Positions 63,926 through 64,000 of a DNA stretch of 64,000 bases are shown here, piece after piece. The stretch spans positions 82,088,001-82,152,000 of the forward strand of contig OZ287751.1 in the NCBI GenBank assembly GCA_965649765.1, read 5' to 3'. Position numbers and translations under genes: made by a program. The notes under the pieces were generated by a model. That model searched no databases. It had not been told where the DNA came from and was given only the letters and a program-made list of their open reading frames with translations. Position 1 is the stretch's first letter. Every line of letters starts with the position of its first letter. Origin of the DNA: Bispira polyomma (lineage: Eukaryota).

Positions 63926-64000
63926 CTTACAGTGTTGCTGCTACTGGGTAAATATAGTTTCCACTATATTTAACGTACATTCTTGGGCTAACAGACTGTA

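Overview
AT-rich, intron-containing animal DNA, lophotrochozoan and most likely annelid judging by the neuropeptides. Six host genes can be built with phase-consistent GT-AG splicing. (1) A 4-exon secreted thioredoxin/DsbA-fold protein with a CPDS motif (3922-10508, +). Its introns carry tandem arrays that abut or copy its own splice sites. (2,3) Two paralogous single-pass membrane proteins with PPxY motifs (12796-13797; 29529-31569, +). (4,5) Two paralogous cell-surface YHYH-domain/mucin proteins sharing an intron position (34403-44347 with an 8.75 kb exon; 49204-52707, +). (6) A neuropeptide gene on the minus strand whose signal-peptide exon (62239-62014) can splice in frame to either of two terminal exons. 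One encodes 15 RMFVamide copies (60968-59818). The other has no ATG, is absent from the ORF track, and encodes 7 FSEFLGamide (TRH-type) copies (58913-58546). Intergenic and intronic space holds a dead DIRS/Ngaro-type tyrosine-recombinase retrotransposon followed by an array of alternating inverted motifs, a Ginger-like transposon remnant interrupted by a solo-LTR-like insert, L2/CR1 LINE fragments, tRNA-derived SINEs, Helitron-like and Tc1/mariner-type non-autonomous elements, and satellites. All family assignments come from motif recognition by eye; no searches were run.
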